This document shows, piece by piece, positions 38,218 through 47,394 of a stretch of 64,000 nt of DNA. Under the pieces are notes generated by a model. That model was not told the DNA's origin, did no database searches, and worked only from the letters and a program-made list of their open reading frames with translations. The stretch is from Candidatus Liptonbacteria bacterium (lineage in GTDB: Bacteria > Patescibacteriota > Minisyncoccia > UBA6257 > 2-01-FULL-56-20), in NCBI GenBank assembly GCA_023244895.1, contig JAHFLL010000001.1, positions 178,476 to 242,475 on the forward strand. The letters run 5' to 3'. The translations under genes were made by a program, and so were the position numbers. How positions within the stretch are numbered: position 1 is the first letter of the stretch; the number at the start of each line of letters is the position of its first letter.

Positions 38218-39251
38218 TCTCTTTCCGCGGGCACTATTCTTGCACCAACCTTTTTACCTGCCCTTAGGATGATCAGATTAAATCCTTTCTTGTCGGAAGA
38301 ATAGTTCAAATAATCTTCCAGAACATTTTCGGGAGTTATTTTTTTGCCGTCGCACTCCAGGATAATATCTTTTTCTTTTATACCCGCCTCCGCCGCGGGG
38401 CTCCCGGGCAAGACCGCCGGCACGCCCATATGCTCGCTAGTTACTAGCGCTCCATAGTCCACTGGAAGATCTAATTTATTTTTTAAGTATTCGTCCACAA
38501 CCAAATAACGCACTCCCAAATAGGGCCTGCGGATATGTCCGAACTTTCTGATATCAGCCAAATCGCGCCTAGCTGCATTAATAGGAATGGCAAAGCCTAT
38601 GCTCTGAGCGTTGGAAACAGTTGCCACATTTATGCCGATAGCTCTGCCCTTTAAATCCACCAGCGGCCCACCGGAGTTTCCGGTATTAATAGCCGCGTCA
38701 GTTTGTATTAGTCCTCGCATTTCATGTGACGGTCCTTTGGGATTTTCTTTGGCAGAAACAGAGCGGGAAAGGCCAGAAACTATTCCCAGAGAAACAGTGT
38801 TTTTAAAGGCTCCCAGAGCGTTGCCCACGGCAAGCACTATTTCGCCCAATTCTGCGCGGGCGGCGTCGCCCAATTCTATGACGGGTAATTTTCTGGCGTT
38901 AATTTTCAGAACGGCGACGTCGTTAAGCGGGTCGGTGCTTAGAATTCTAGCTTCAAATCTTCTGCCGTCGTTCAGTATCACGGTGTATTCTGTGTTCTTG
39001 TCCCCCAAAACATGCTTATTAGTAAGGACCAGGCCGTCTTTGTCTATAATAAAGCCGGAGCCGCTGCCGCCTACAACATTTTCTCCGCAATCCTTGCGGG
39101 TCTTTTGAGCGATTGCCTCGCTATGTCCCGGAACAAAGGAATAGAGAGTGTGTGGATTTTTTTCAAAGGCAGACAGATGTTTTTCGCTGACCACAGAGAC
39201 TACTGCCGGTAAAACTTTGCGCACGGTGGACAACACTTTTCTTTGGTACAT
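38214..39251 (-). CDS. htrA: HtrA/DegP-family serine protease with PDZ domain
   Basis: GSGSGFII...TNKHV, NTGNSGGPLV catalytic motifs, C-terminal PDZ. Confidence 0.85.
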   Translation of the reverse strand: MYQRKVLSTVRKVLPAVVSVVSEKHLSAFEKNPHTLYSFVPGHSEAIAQKTRKDCGENVVGGSGSGFIIDKDGLVLTNKHVLGDKNTEYTVILNDGRRFEARILSTDPLNDVAVLKINARKLPVIELGDAARAELGEIVLAVGNALGAFKNTVSLGIVSGLSRSVSAKENPKGPSHEMRGLIQTDAAINTGNSGGPLVDLKGRAIGINVATVSNAQSIGFAIPINAARRDLADIRKFGHIRRPYLGVRYLVVDEYLKNKLDLPVDYGALVTSEHMGVPAVLPGSPAAEAGIKEKDIILECDGKKITPENVLEDYLNYSSDKKGFNLIILRAGKKVGARIVPAERD

Positions 39252-39313
39252 ACGATAATTCTAACATATTAAAAAACCAAAAAGCCGGGGACTACGTTCG
39301 TCCGCGGCTTTGG

Positions 39314-39826
39314 CTACTTGATGCGCTCTGGCGTCGCGCACTGGGTCGAGAAGTACGCGATGGTGGCCTCGGAGTCGTACTCTAGGGCTCGTCGCCAAGA
39401 CTTCCATGTGTCTTCTCCGGACAGGAAGGTGCGAAGCTGGTTGTGCTGTAGCCACGCGCCCAGGAACGGTTCTGCCGAGGGGCAGTCTAGGCTCGTGCGT
39501 CGACCCAGAAACCCGTATCCGCCATTCTGGCGGATGACTACCACCAGATTTCTGTTCAGACCCGGGCTCTTGAGCAGGTCCAACATTTCCAGCCGCCCGT
39601 CCGCAATCCGAATGCGCAACGTTTCCACCCGGGGGTTCGGTATCCCGTCGAGCGGTCCAGCCAGCAAGATCTTGGCGTCGCGCAGGTTTGAAAACGGTTC
39701 AAGACCGTTCTCAAAGAAGGGAGCGTAGAAGACCCCTGGTCCCTCTCCCTTGCCGAAGACGTCCGTCTTCGGATGCGCTCCATCTCTCACGACGGAGCAG
39801 ATCACGAATCCCTTTACGATTCTCAC
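39314..39826 (-). CDS. Hypothetical protein in an anomalously GC-rich (about 58-60%) segment
   Basis: 170-aa ORF. Composition differs sharply from flanking genes. No family recognised. The antisense ORF is Arg-rich nonsense. Confidence 0.35.
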   Translation of the reverse strand: MRIVKGFVICSVVRDGAHPKTDVFGKGEGPGVFYAPFFENGLEPFSNLRDAKILLAGPLDGIPNPRVETLRIRIADGRLEMLDLLKSPGLNRNLVVVIRQNGGYGFLGRRTSLDCPSAEPFLGAWLQHNQLRTFLSGEDTWKSWRRALEYDSEATIAYFSTQCATPERIK

Positions 39827-39932
39827 GGTCTGCCTCCTTTCGTGAAGATTGGCTGGCTACAATATACTGTAAATTATCCTTTGGTCAAGCTAGCTACAGC
39901 AGACTTGTCCGCCGAGCTCCTAAAGAAGCGAA

Positions 39933-39954
39933 TGCGGAGGGTGCAGGATTTGCC
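39933..39954 (-). repeat. Partial duplicate of the tRNA-Ser 3' end (candidate att-site remnant)
   Basis: tgcggagggtgcaggatttgcc versus tggcggagggtacaggatttgaacc of the tRNA at 40029-40118, about 75 bp away in the same orientation. Confidence 0.5.
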
Positions 39955-40028
39955 TTTCGCTCCAGCTGGAGCTCAAAACCTTCGGTGCCTCTTCGGCACC
40001 TGCGGCCCGCGGTTCAAATCCTATAAAT

Positions 40029-40118
40029 TGGCGGAGGGTACAGGATTTGAACCTGTGAGGGGATCTCTCCCCAACCGCATTTCGAGTGCGGCGCACTAGA
40101 CCACTATGCGAACCCTCC
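40029..40118 (-). tRNA. tRNA-Ser (anticodon CGA)
   Basis: Cloverleaf with long variable arm. Anticodon loop cuCGAaa. CCA encoded. Confidence 0.85.
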
Positions 40119-40233
40119 TTCTGATAGTTCAAATATTAGCCCATAGATTAGGAGCGGGCAAGGCGTTTACAGGCTTAGGCCAGCATGTATAATAATCCCG
40201 ACGAAGCCCTGGCATTGGTCGGGGCGCAATAAA

Positions 40234-40305
40234 GCCCTCGTAGTTCAACGGATAGAACGGCTCACTCCTAACGAGTCGATCGAGGTTCAATTCCTCGCGA
40301 GGGCA
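40234..40305 (+). tRNA. tRNA-Arg (anticodon CCT)
   Basis: gccctcg/cgagggc acceptor, T-arm cgagg-ttcaatt-cctcg, anticodon loop cuCCUaa. Anticodon stem is weak. Confidence 0.6.
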
Positions 40306-40368
40306 CAACGCAAAACTTTGATTTTTCTGCGGAATAGGGTAGAATCGTAATCGTTATTTTGAATTTCG

Positions 40369-40439
40369 GGGCCTATAGTAAAATGGTATTACGCCTCCAT
40401 GGCATGGAGGAGGTCGGGGTCCGATTCCCCGTGGGTCCA
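40369..40439 (+). tRNA. tRNA-Ala (anticodon GGC)
   Basis: G3:U70 pair, anticodon stem cctcc/ggagg, loop auGGCau. Confidence 0.7.
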
Positions 40440-40463
40440 CAAAACTAAGCCGGGATTCAAGAC

Positions 40464-41108
40464 ATGTTTCAATTAAACGACAACTCTTTTAAAAAGATAA
40501 TCCTAGCGCTTACGTTATATATAACGTCGCTTTTTGCTGCCAATACTCTGGGGCTTAAAATTATGCCCTTTCTGTTCGGTTCGCACCTATCGGTTGCAGT
40601 CTTTTCCTTCCCGATTGTTTTTCTGATGACGGATGTAATAGGAGAAGTTTATGGCAAAAGAATGGCCAGATTCTTCGTCCTGGCCGGGTTTGTAAGCACG
40701 GCCCTTTTTATGATCTACTCCGTTTTGTCTCTTGCTATGCCATGGTCTGCGGAAGGCCTATGGGTTAAGGATAGCTATAACCAAGTCTTCGGAGTTTCTT
40801 TGCGGGTGGCAGTAGCGTCTCTTGTGGCCTATCTAATAGCGGAATATCAAGATGTTTTCTCTTTCTTCTTTTTGAAGAAAAAATTCGGCACCCGCCACTT
40901 CTGGCTGCGTTCTAATCTTTCTAATCTGTGGTCTCAATTGCTCGACTCAACCATCTTTATGATTATTGGTTTTGCCGGCATATATTCCACCCACACCCTT
41001 ATCAGCATTATTATTTCCTGGTGGCTTTATAAAGTAGCGATGGGCCTGCTCTACACCCCGCTCTCTTACGCGGGCATATGGCTCCTTAAAGACAAGCCGC
41101 AAGCATGA
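40464..41108 (+). CDS. YhhQ/VUT-family queuosine-precursor transporter-like membrane protein
   Basis: 6-TM protein with FPIVFLMTDVIGEVYGK motif typical of COG1738. Confidence 0.55.
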   Translation: MFQLNDNSFKKIILALTLYITSLFAANTLGLKIMPFLFGSHLSVAVFSFPIVFLMTDVIGEVYGKRMARFFVLAGFVSTALFMIYSVLSLAMPWSAEGLWVKDSYNQVFGVSLRVAVASLVAYLIAEYQDVFSFFFLKKKFGTRHFWLRSNLSNLWSQLLDSTIFMIIGFAGIYSTHTLISIIISWWLYKVAMGLLYTPLSYAGIWLLKDKPQA

Positions 41109-41815
41109 AGGTAATTCCGGTTAAGACCAGGATATTTAAAGAGGGCGAAAGCTTAGTCGATTTTGTGTTGGGCTACGTCCCGCGCCTCAAAGAAGGTTCC
41201 GTATTAGTGGTCACTTCTAAAATCGTGGCCCTAGCGGAAAAACGTACAGTAGAGATAAAAAGCGCTCGCGCTAAGGATGATATTATTCGGGCGGAAAGCG
41301 AGTTCGCGATTAAAACCAAGTATTGTTGGCTGACCATCAAGGACGGTATGGTTCTACCTTCCGCCGGCGTGGACGAGTCCAATGCCAACGGCAAATTAAT
41401 ACTCTTGCCCAGGGATAGCTTTAAAACGGCCCTTCTTCTGCGCAGGAAATTACAAAGAGAATATGGCGTGAAGAAACTGGGTATTATTATTACCGACAGT
41501 CGCACCATCCCATTGCGTGCAGGCATAACCGGGGTCGCTCTCGGATATGCTGGCTTTAGAGGAGTGAAAGACTATCGTGGCACGCCTGATATTTTTGGAA
41601 GGAAGTTTAAGTTTTCCCGCACGGATATGGCGGATAGCCTTGCCTCCGCTGCGGTTTTAGTCATGGGCGAGGGGAACGAGCGTAAGCCCTTGGCGATTAT
41701 TGAAGACGCGCCAATTGAATTTCGTGATAAGATTAACCGCGAGGAATTGCATATTGATATAGAGGATGATATGTATCGGCCGCTTTTTTCCAGGTTGCCC
41801 AAATCCAAATCTTAA
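41105..41815 (+). CDS. CofE-like (F420-0:gamma-glutamyl ligase family, COG1478) protein
   Basis: VLVVTSKIVALAEKR...SAGVDESNANGKLILLP motifs. Confidence 0.55.
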   Translation: MKVIPVKTRIFKEGESLVDFVLGYVPRLKEGSVLVVTSKIVALAEKRTVEIKSARAKDDIIRAESEFAIKTKYCWLTIKDGMVLPSAGVDESNANGKLILLPRDSFKTALLLRRKLQREYGVKKLGIIITDSRTIPLRAGITGVALGYAGFRGVKDYRGTPDIFGRKFKFSRTDMADSLASAAVLVMGEGNERKPLAIIEDAPIEFRDKINREELHIDIEDDMYRPLFSRLPKSKS

Positions 41816-41818
41816 GAA

Positions 41819-42163
41819 ATGTCTAAATATTCTCTGCGAGATTTCTGGGCGCCCCTTTTCCTCTTCGCGCTATTCTTTATTGTTCAAGTATTTTTGAAAC
41901 CTAGCGAGATGGCGTTAACCCTAGTCGCTCTTTCTATTTGTGGACTGATATTCGCGCTACGGCTCCATAAAAATGAACCTAAGGTTTTTTTGCTGGGGTT
42001 GATTTTGGGATTATTTATTGAGGTATTCTTGGGCTTATTCGCGCGCCAGCAACACTGGGAGGGCGCGTCTTTGATGGGCGTGCCTGTCTGGCTGCCTATT
42101 GTTTGGGGAATTGGTTTTGTGGTTATCACCCGGATTGGCGCGAGGATAGAAGGATTAAAATGA
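41819..42163 (+). CDS. Small hypothetical membrane protein
   Basis: 114 aa, 3-4 TM segments. Confidence 0.4.
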   Translation: MSKYSLRDFWAPLFLFALFFIVQVFLKPSEMALTLVALSICGLIFALRLHKNEPKVFLLGLILGLFIEVFLGLFARQQHWEGASLMGVPVWLPIVWGIGFVVITRIGARIEGLK

Positions 42164-42244
42164 GATGAAAAAATAACCACCAGGACCCTCCTTTGAATCC
42201 TGGGCCATAACTCTAACTACTAACTTCTAGCTACTAGTCGCTAA

Positions 42245-42973
42245 TTAGATGCTTTCCGTGCTAACCAGTTGCGCTCTGACCACGTTGCGTTTGGATGCGC
42301 CGCCGATAGGGTAGCAGGTAATCAAAGTTACTTCCGGTGCCGCCGTGGGAGTAGCGAGCAGGGCATTAGTGTCGGTAGGCGTAAGAACCTGCTTGGAAAA
42401 AACTCGAAAGACCATTTTTTTGTTTTGGGCGGTAACGTAAACTTCATCGCCTTCGCTTAGCTTCGGCAGTAGCGAAAAAATATAAGCATAATCTCCGCGA
42501 TACCATGTGGCTTTAGAACTGTGCCCCAGAATTACCGCCCTACCATTTTGCCCGGGTTCCACCGAGCCGGGATACAGCCCCACACCCTCTTCTAAACTAG
42601 CCAAGACGCTAACCTTAGAGCTGTCTTTGGGTGTCACGATGGGAGTGTTTATTTGTATTTTAGGTATGGACAGATAGACTCCCTCGCCCGAAGAAGTATT
42701 GGGCGTATTTCTGGGACTCGCGGAAGTCGTGCCGGCGGTAGTGGTGTTGGGCGCCGATGCCCCGTCGGAAGAAGAGTCAGAAACATGTTGCCCCTCAACC
42801 TCTAAAATATTTCCTTCCCTGAGGTCCGCGCTCGCGAGGTGGGTTCCCAAAAATAAATCGTATCTCAAAATGCGCATATAAGCTCCTCCGTTTAAAAGCA
42901 GGTAGACGAAAATACTGGCTCCAAAGAAAAAGATCAGGAAAATTGTTATTCTCTCTAACCAAACAGTGCTCAT
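42245..42973 (-). CDS. Sortase-family transpeptidase
   Basis: N-terminal TM. ILGHS (His), TLITCYP (TLxTC catalytic Cys), downstream Arg. Confidence 0.8.
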   Translation of the reverse strand: MSTVWLERITIFLIFFFGASIFVYLLLNGGAYMRILRYDLFLGTHLASADLREGNILEVEGQHVSDSSSDGASAPNTTTAGTTSASPRNTPNTSSGEGVYLSIPKIQINTPIVTPKDSSKVSVLASLEEGVGLYPGSVEPGQNGRAVILGHSSKATWYRGDYAYIFSLLPKLSEGDEVYVTAQNKKMVFRVFSKQVLTPTDTNALLATPTAAPEVTLITCYPIGGASKRNVVRAQLVSTESI

Positions 42974-42974
42974 T

Positions 42975-44036
42975 TTAAAGTAGTTCTATAAGTGCCAGCG
43001 CGTCGCGGGTGGTGTGCGGGACTATGGCCGAGTCTATACCTAAGATGGAAACATATCCCAGTATAACGGCTAAGATCACGGAACGCACGCCCACTCCCAG
43101 CGGAATCTCCTTAACTTTAACAAACATCGCGACCAGAGAAAATAATAGAATAGCTATTATTATTCCAGCCACCGTACGCGTGCCAACACAGGACCACTCC
43201 ATGCCAAATGCTGTCTGGAGACAAGCCTGTTCCGGCTTGGGATTATCCGCGATTTGCGCGCCCAAAACCGCTTGAGTAGTGGTAACTATTGGCGTAGCGG
43301 TGATTAGAGTTGAGGTTATCGGTTCTTCTACGGTAGCAACTGGGCTTGGCTTAGTGGTTGTCGGATTTGTCGCAACAATGCTCGGGGTTGCGGGCTTAGT
43401 GGTTTTAGGCGTTCCGCTAGCAGTTGGTTTTGAGCTGGTGGTCTTGGGCGGGGTGGTCGCTTGCGCCACCTTAACTTTCGGCCGACCAAAATATTCCACC
43501 ACTAATATACTGGATTGACCGTTAAATGTTCCCTGTATAACCGCTACTCCTACTTCCGTGTAGAGAGGGTTTAAGATATTCGCACGGTGAGTGGGGGAGG
43601 CCATGAATCCGATGTGGGCCTCGTTCGCGGTGGGGTAGTCCATCGCCAAATTTTCTCCGGCCAAGGTGTATGTATAATTTTTGCCTCGCAGAAAGTCCCA
43701 AGGAGTTTTGTTCTCCGGGCTGACATGCGCGAAGTATTGTTTAGCGAATATATCCGAGCCCTTATCATTAGCCGCGTCAATAAGGGTGGGATTTATCTTA
43801 AGGGCGGGCAAGTTTAGGGCCGTACGAGAAGCGTTAACTAGACGCACCACTTCTTCTCCCGTGAAAGAGGGGGTGTTTTCAAGCGTGGCCAATTGTAATT
43901 GTCTTACGTAAGCGGGCGAGAGTATAAGCGCTATGGTCAGCACGAAATAGACCACGAACGTAGCCGGAGAAAGAGAGTGCGGCAAATACTGGTTACTTTC
44001 CGTGGGAACCAGGAAGTCCTTTATTATTTTGAACAT
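42975..44036 (-). CDS. CAP/SCP/PR-1 (YkwD-like) domain protein with Thr/Pro-rich linker and C-terminal TM anchors
   Basis: VVRLVNASRTALNLPALKIN...HVGFMASPTHRANILNPLYTEVGVAV. Confidence 0.7.
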   Translation of the reverse strand: MFKIIKDFLVPTESNQYLPHSLSPATFVVYFVLTIALILSPAYVRQLQLATLENTPSFTGEEVVRLVNASRTALNLPALKINPTLIDAANDKGSDIFAKQYFAHVSPENKTPWDFLRGKNYTYTLAGENLAMDYPTANEAHIGFMASPTHRANILNPLYTEVGVAVIQGTFNGQSSILVVEYFGRPKVKVAQATTPPKTTSSKPTASGTPKTTKPATPSIVATNPTTTKPSPVATVEEPITSTLITATPIVTTTQAVLGAQIADNPKPEQACLQTAFGMEWSCVGTRTVAGIIIAILLFSLVAMFVKVKEIPLGVGVRSVILAVILGYVSILGIDSAIVPHTTRDALALIELL

Positions 44037-44047
44037 GTTTGTGGTTG

Positions 44048-47000
44048 CTAGCGTACGAAGTTCCTACCCGGCTTAGCGCGGAGAGTGTCTGGTTCTTTCT
44101 CTTCCGAACGCAAGGCATAGATTATCTTCTCGTAGGGAGTAAGAATTGGTCCGGCCAGCTTAATCACATGGAACTTGAAGGCTGCGAAATAGAACGCTAC
44201 CGAAACCAAAAGTCCCAAACTTAGGACCCACGGGACCGGATTATCCGGACCAGTTACGATATCGGCCGCGCCTAAGACCTGCCCGCGATTCTTTATTTGA
44301 ATGGTCGCGTAAGCATTCTGTACGCCTGAGTTCATTGTAGCATTTACCTGATTGGTAATAAACTTCTGGGCGGAACCCGCGAATATTACCGCGCGGAAAC
44401 GGATAATCTTTTCTTCGTTAACATTTAGCATGCCCAAAGAAAGTCCGCCGCCGGTTATGCCATCCGTCACATTAATGCCGTTCACGCTGGTGCTCTGGGG
44501 CACATAGTAGAGTTCTTGGGGCAGAATATCTTGCACGTTAACCGAGCCGGAAGTGTTGTCTATGTTGCGCACCCTAATTTCAAACTCCAGAACATCTAAG
44601 CCTTGTCCTTCGATGGAGTTGGAGTAGGTGGATTGATTTAGATTGCGATTTAAGACGGACTTAGTAACTTGTAAGTTGCGCGCCGTGCCTCCGCCGTAGT
44701 TATTAACCGTGATGGTCTCGGTATCGGTTGCCTGTCCATATTGATTAGTACAGGTGATGGTGTAAGTAGTAGTGAAGGTCGGATAAACTATTGAAGATCC
44801 ATTCAAGTTTTGATTACCGCTCCAGTTATTTCCGCCAGCTGTGGCGTAACAGGTCGTCGCGTTCTGGGAGTTCCAATAGAGAGTGCTCTGTTGACCGCTG
44901 TTTACGTTAGTAGGGGAGGCGGTCAAGTTTACGGTTGGCAGATTGTAGTTATCATTTACGAAAACCGTGGTCTGCGCGCTAACATTCTGTCCGTTCTGCC
45001 CGGTGCAATTAATGTAGTAGGTTGTGGTCTGGTTGGGGTAGACGGTCTCGCCACCGGAAACATTTTTATTACCGGACCAATATCCGCCGCTCGCGTAACA
45101 AGAGGTGGTATTCTGGCTCGTCCAATTTAAAACGCTGGACTGTCCACGGCTGACTACGCTTGGGTTGGAAGTTAGTGTTACCGAAGGATAGTTACCGTTA
45201 TTACCCACCGTAACCGTGGTCTGCGCGACTGCGCTCTGCCCGGTGCCGTTGTAGCAAGTTATGGAATAAGTGGTGGTGCTGCCCGGGTAAACGACTTCAG
45301 AGCCGGATAGATTTTTATTACCGGACCAGCCGCTAGAGGCGATACAGTAAGTCGCGTTTTGAGAGCTCCAGGTTAAAACCGAAGATTGCCCCTGGTTGAT
45401 GTAGCTAGGGTTGGAATTTATGGTTACGGTAGGAGCTTGAACTTGCTGAACATTTATAACCACGCTGTCGCTCGCATAACCTGCCGCACCCGTACAGGAA
45501 ACAAAATAGGTAGCATTGTAGCTCAGATTCGGCGTAGTCTGACTGCCGCTCGTGCCCGTCCAACCGCCCGGGGACACATTACAAGAAGTGGCGCCAGCAG
45601 AGGTCCAAGAAATAACAGCAGTGGAATTATTGGGAATTGTTATCGGTCCATCCGAACCATTCGCCTTAATGTCGGCTGTAATCTGGGGAGGATTACCAAC
45701 CGTAACCGTGACGCTATCCTGAGCGCTACCTCCGCTTTGCCCAATACAATATACAGAATAAGTTTGCTGGTAAGTTAAGTTTCCGCTGGACTGCGAACCG
45801 CTTGTGCCCGTCCAGCCGCTCGGGGATACGCTACAAGAAGCAGCGTTAGTAGAAGTCCAAGAAATAGTAGCAGAGGTGTTGTAGGGTATGTTTAGAGTAC
45901 TATCTTGTCCATTCGCCTTGATGTCTGCGGTAACAGTAGCTCCCGCTCCCACATTCACAGTTACCGAATCAGAAGCGGAACCACCCGCTCCGCTACAGTT
46001 AACAGTATAAGTTTGAGTAGCGGTTAAGTTTCCGCTGGACTGCGAACCGCTTGTGCCCGTCCAGCCGCCCGGAGTGACCGTGCAAGAGGTAGCATTAGAA
46101 GAAGTCCAAGAAATGGTAGCCGCAGTGTTATTGGGAATTGTGATCGGTCCATCCGAGCCATTCGCCTTAATGTCGGCGGAGATGGTCTGATTAATGCCGC
46201 AATTTTGCGCGTTGACTAATACGGTCACATCATTGGATGCGACTTGGGCATGATTCTTCTGACGATAAGTGTAGTAAGTGTCGCCCAAAGAAACATTAGT
46301 GTCGGTGTAGCTAAAAACATTAAAAGGTTCCGAATCCTGCATTATGACGCTAAAGTTACCCCCACCCACTTTTCTTAAGAGGGTGTTGGCTTGCTGGTTA
46401 GCTACCTGGTTCCAAGAGAGATTGACGCGGGGCGCTCCGTTTATGTTGGAGCAGTATCCGGTCAGGTTGCTGGGCGGGGGTAGCGTAACCGCCCCCACAT
46501 TCACAGTTACCGAATCAGATGCGGAACCGCCTGCTCCGCTACAGTTAACAGTATAAGTTTGGGTAGCGGTTAAGTTTCCGCTGGACTGCGAACCACTTGT
46601 GCCCGTCCAGCCGCCCGGAGTGACCGTGCAAGAGGTAGCGTTAGAAGAAGTCCAAGAAATGGTAGCCGCAGTGTTATTGGGAATTGTGATCGGTCCATCC
46701 GAACCATTCGCCTTGATGTCAGCGGAGATGGTGGGAGGGGGGATGATTACGTTGTCGCCATATATTTTAAGAACAGCCAAGCCGTGGACCGGGCCGATTG
46801 GATTGCCAGTTTCATCCACCGCATTTTCGGCAGTTACCACCAAATAGAATCCGTTACCGGCCGAGAAGTTGCTAACGTTTATATTTCTCGTGTCATTCTT
46901 AATACTGGGAGGATTAACACCTACAAAATAAACCTGGTTATTATTGATAGTTACCTGCCCGCCATCGTCCAGTTCGCTTTCTAAAACCGCGCGGGTAATA

Positions 47001-47221
47001 GTGGTATTGCTTGGCACGGTACAATATGCCTGAGCGGTTACAGTTAGGCCACCCCCGACAGACTGAGTTTCGGCCGTGCAGGTTACGAGCAGGCTCTCCG
47101 CGCTAGCTTGATTTGTAATAGAAAATGCCGAAACCAGCGCCAAAGAAAAAATAGCGCCGAAGATTAAGGTTTTGTTGATAAAGTTAGTATTCATTAGTTT
47201 TGTTAATAGATTAAGGCACAT
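44048..47221 (-). CDS. Giant cell-surface protein: about 5 Ig-like repeats (NATSC...PGGWTGTSGSQ), DUF11-like domain, C-terminal TM anchor
   Basis: 1057 aa. Signal/TM at the N-terminus. Three nearly identical about 85-aa repeats. DUF11-like LEFEIRVRNIDNTSGSVNVQDILP. C-terminal IVTGPDNPVPW plus TM plus charged tail. First gene of the adhesin-CAP-sortase operon. Confidence 0.75.
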   Translation of the reverse strand: MCLNLLTKLMNTNFINKTLIFGAIFSLALVSAFSITNQASAESLLVTCTAETQSVGGGLTVTAQAYCTVPSNTTITRAVLESELDDGGQVTINNNQVYFVGVNPPSIKNDTRNINVSNFSAGNGFYLVVTAENAVDETGNPIGPVHGLAVLKIYGDNVIIPPPTISADIKANGSDGPITIPNNTAATISWTSSNATSCTVTPGGWTGTSGSQSSGNLTATQTYTVNCSGAGGSASDSVTVNVGAVTLPPPSNLTGYCSNINGAPRVNLSWNQVANQQANTLLRKVGGGNFSVIMQDSEPFNVFSYTDTNVSLGDTYYTYRQKNHAQVASNDVTVLVNAQNCGINQTISADIKANGSDGPITIPNNTAATISWTSSNATSCTVTPGGWTGTSGSQSSGNLTATQTYTVNCSGAGGSASDSVTVNVGAGATVTADIKANGQDSTLNIPYNTSATISWTSTNAASCSVSPSGWTGTSGSQSSGNLTYQQTYSVYCIGQSGGSAQDSVTVTVGNPPQITADIKANGSDGPITIPNNSTAVISWTSAGATSCNVSPGGWTGTSGSQTTPNLSYNATYFVSCTGAAGYASDSVVINVQQVQAPTVTINSNPSYINQGQSSVLTWSSQNATYCIASSGWSGNKNLSGSEVVYPGSTTTYSITCYNGTGQSAVAQTTVTVGNNGNYPSVTLTSNPSVVSRGQSSVLNWTSQNTTSCYASGGYWSGNKNVSGGETVYPNQTTTYYINCTGQNGQNVSAQTTVFVNDNYNLPTVNLTASPTNVNSGQQSTLYWNSQNATTCYATAGGNNWSGNQNLNGSSIVYPTFTTTYTITCTNQYGQATDTETITVNNYGGGTARNLQVTKSVLNRNLNQSTYSNSIEGQGLDVLEFEIRVRNIDNTSGSVNVQDILPQELYYVPQSTSVNGINVTDGITGGGLSLGMLNVNEEKIIRFRAVIFAGSAQKFITNQVNATMNSGVQNAYATIQIKNRGQVLGAADIVTGPDNPVPWVLSLGLLVSVAFYFAAFKFHVIKLAGPILTPYEKIIYALRSEEKEPDTLRAKPGRNFVR

Positions 47222-47394
47222 ATAAGCCGGTGGCTCTTACGCACCATTACGACACATTGTATCATATTAGTAAAATTATGTCAAATACAAGCTTGGAGCG
47301 CATCTTTCCTATATATAAACACGTGTAAGAATTGAAATCCAGGGGTCATAAAACGAGTTCGAGGCCATCACATGCGGATGGCCTCGAGGGGGCT

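Noticed and set aside
39965-40028. Possible additional tRNA (ggttcaaatcc T-loop-like word at 40007-40017)
   Set aside because: No complementary acceptor or T stems could be drawn on either strand. Interpreted as part of the duplicated tRNA-Ser-derived att-like sequence.
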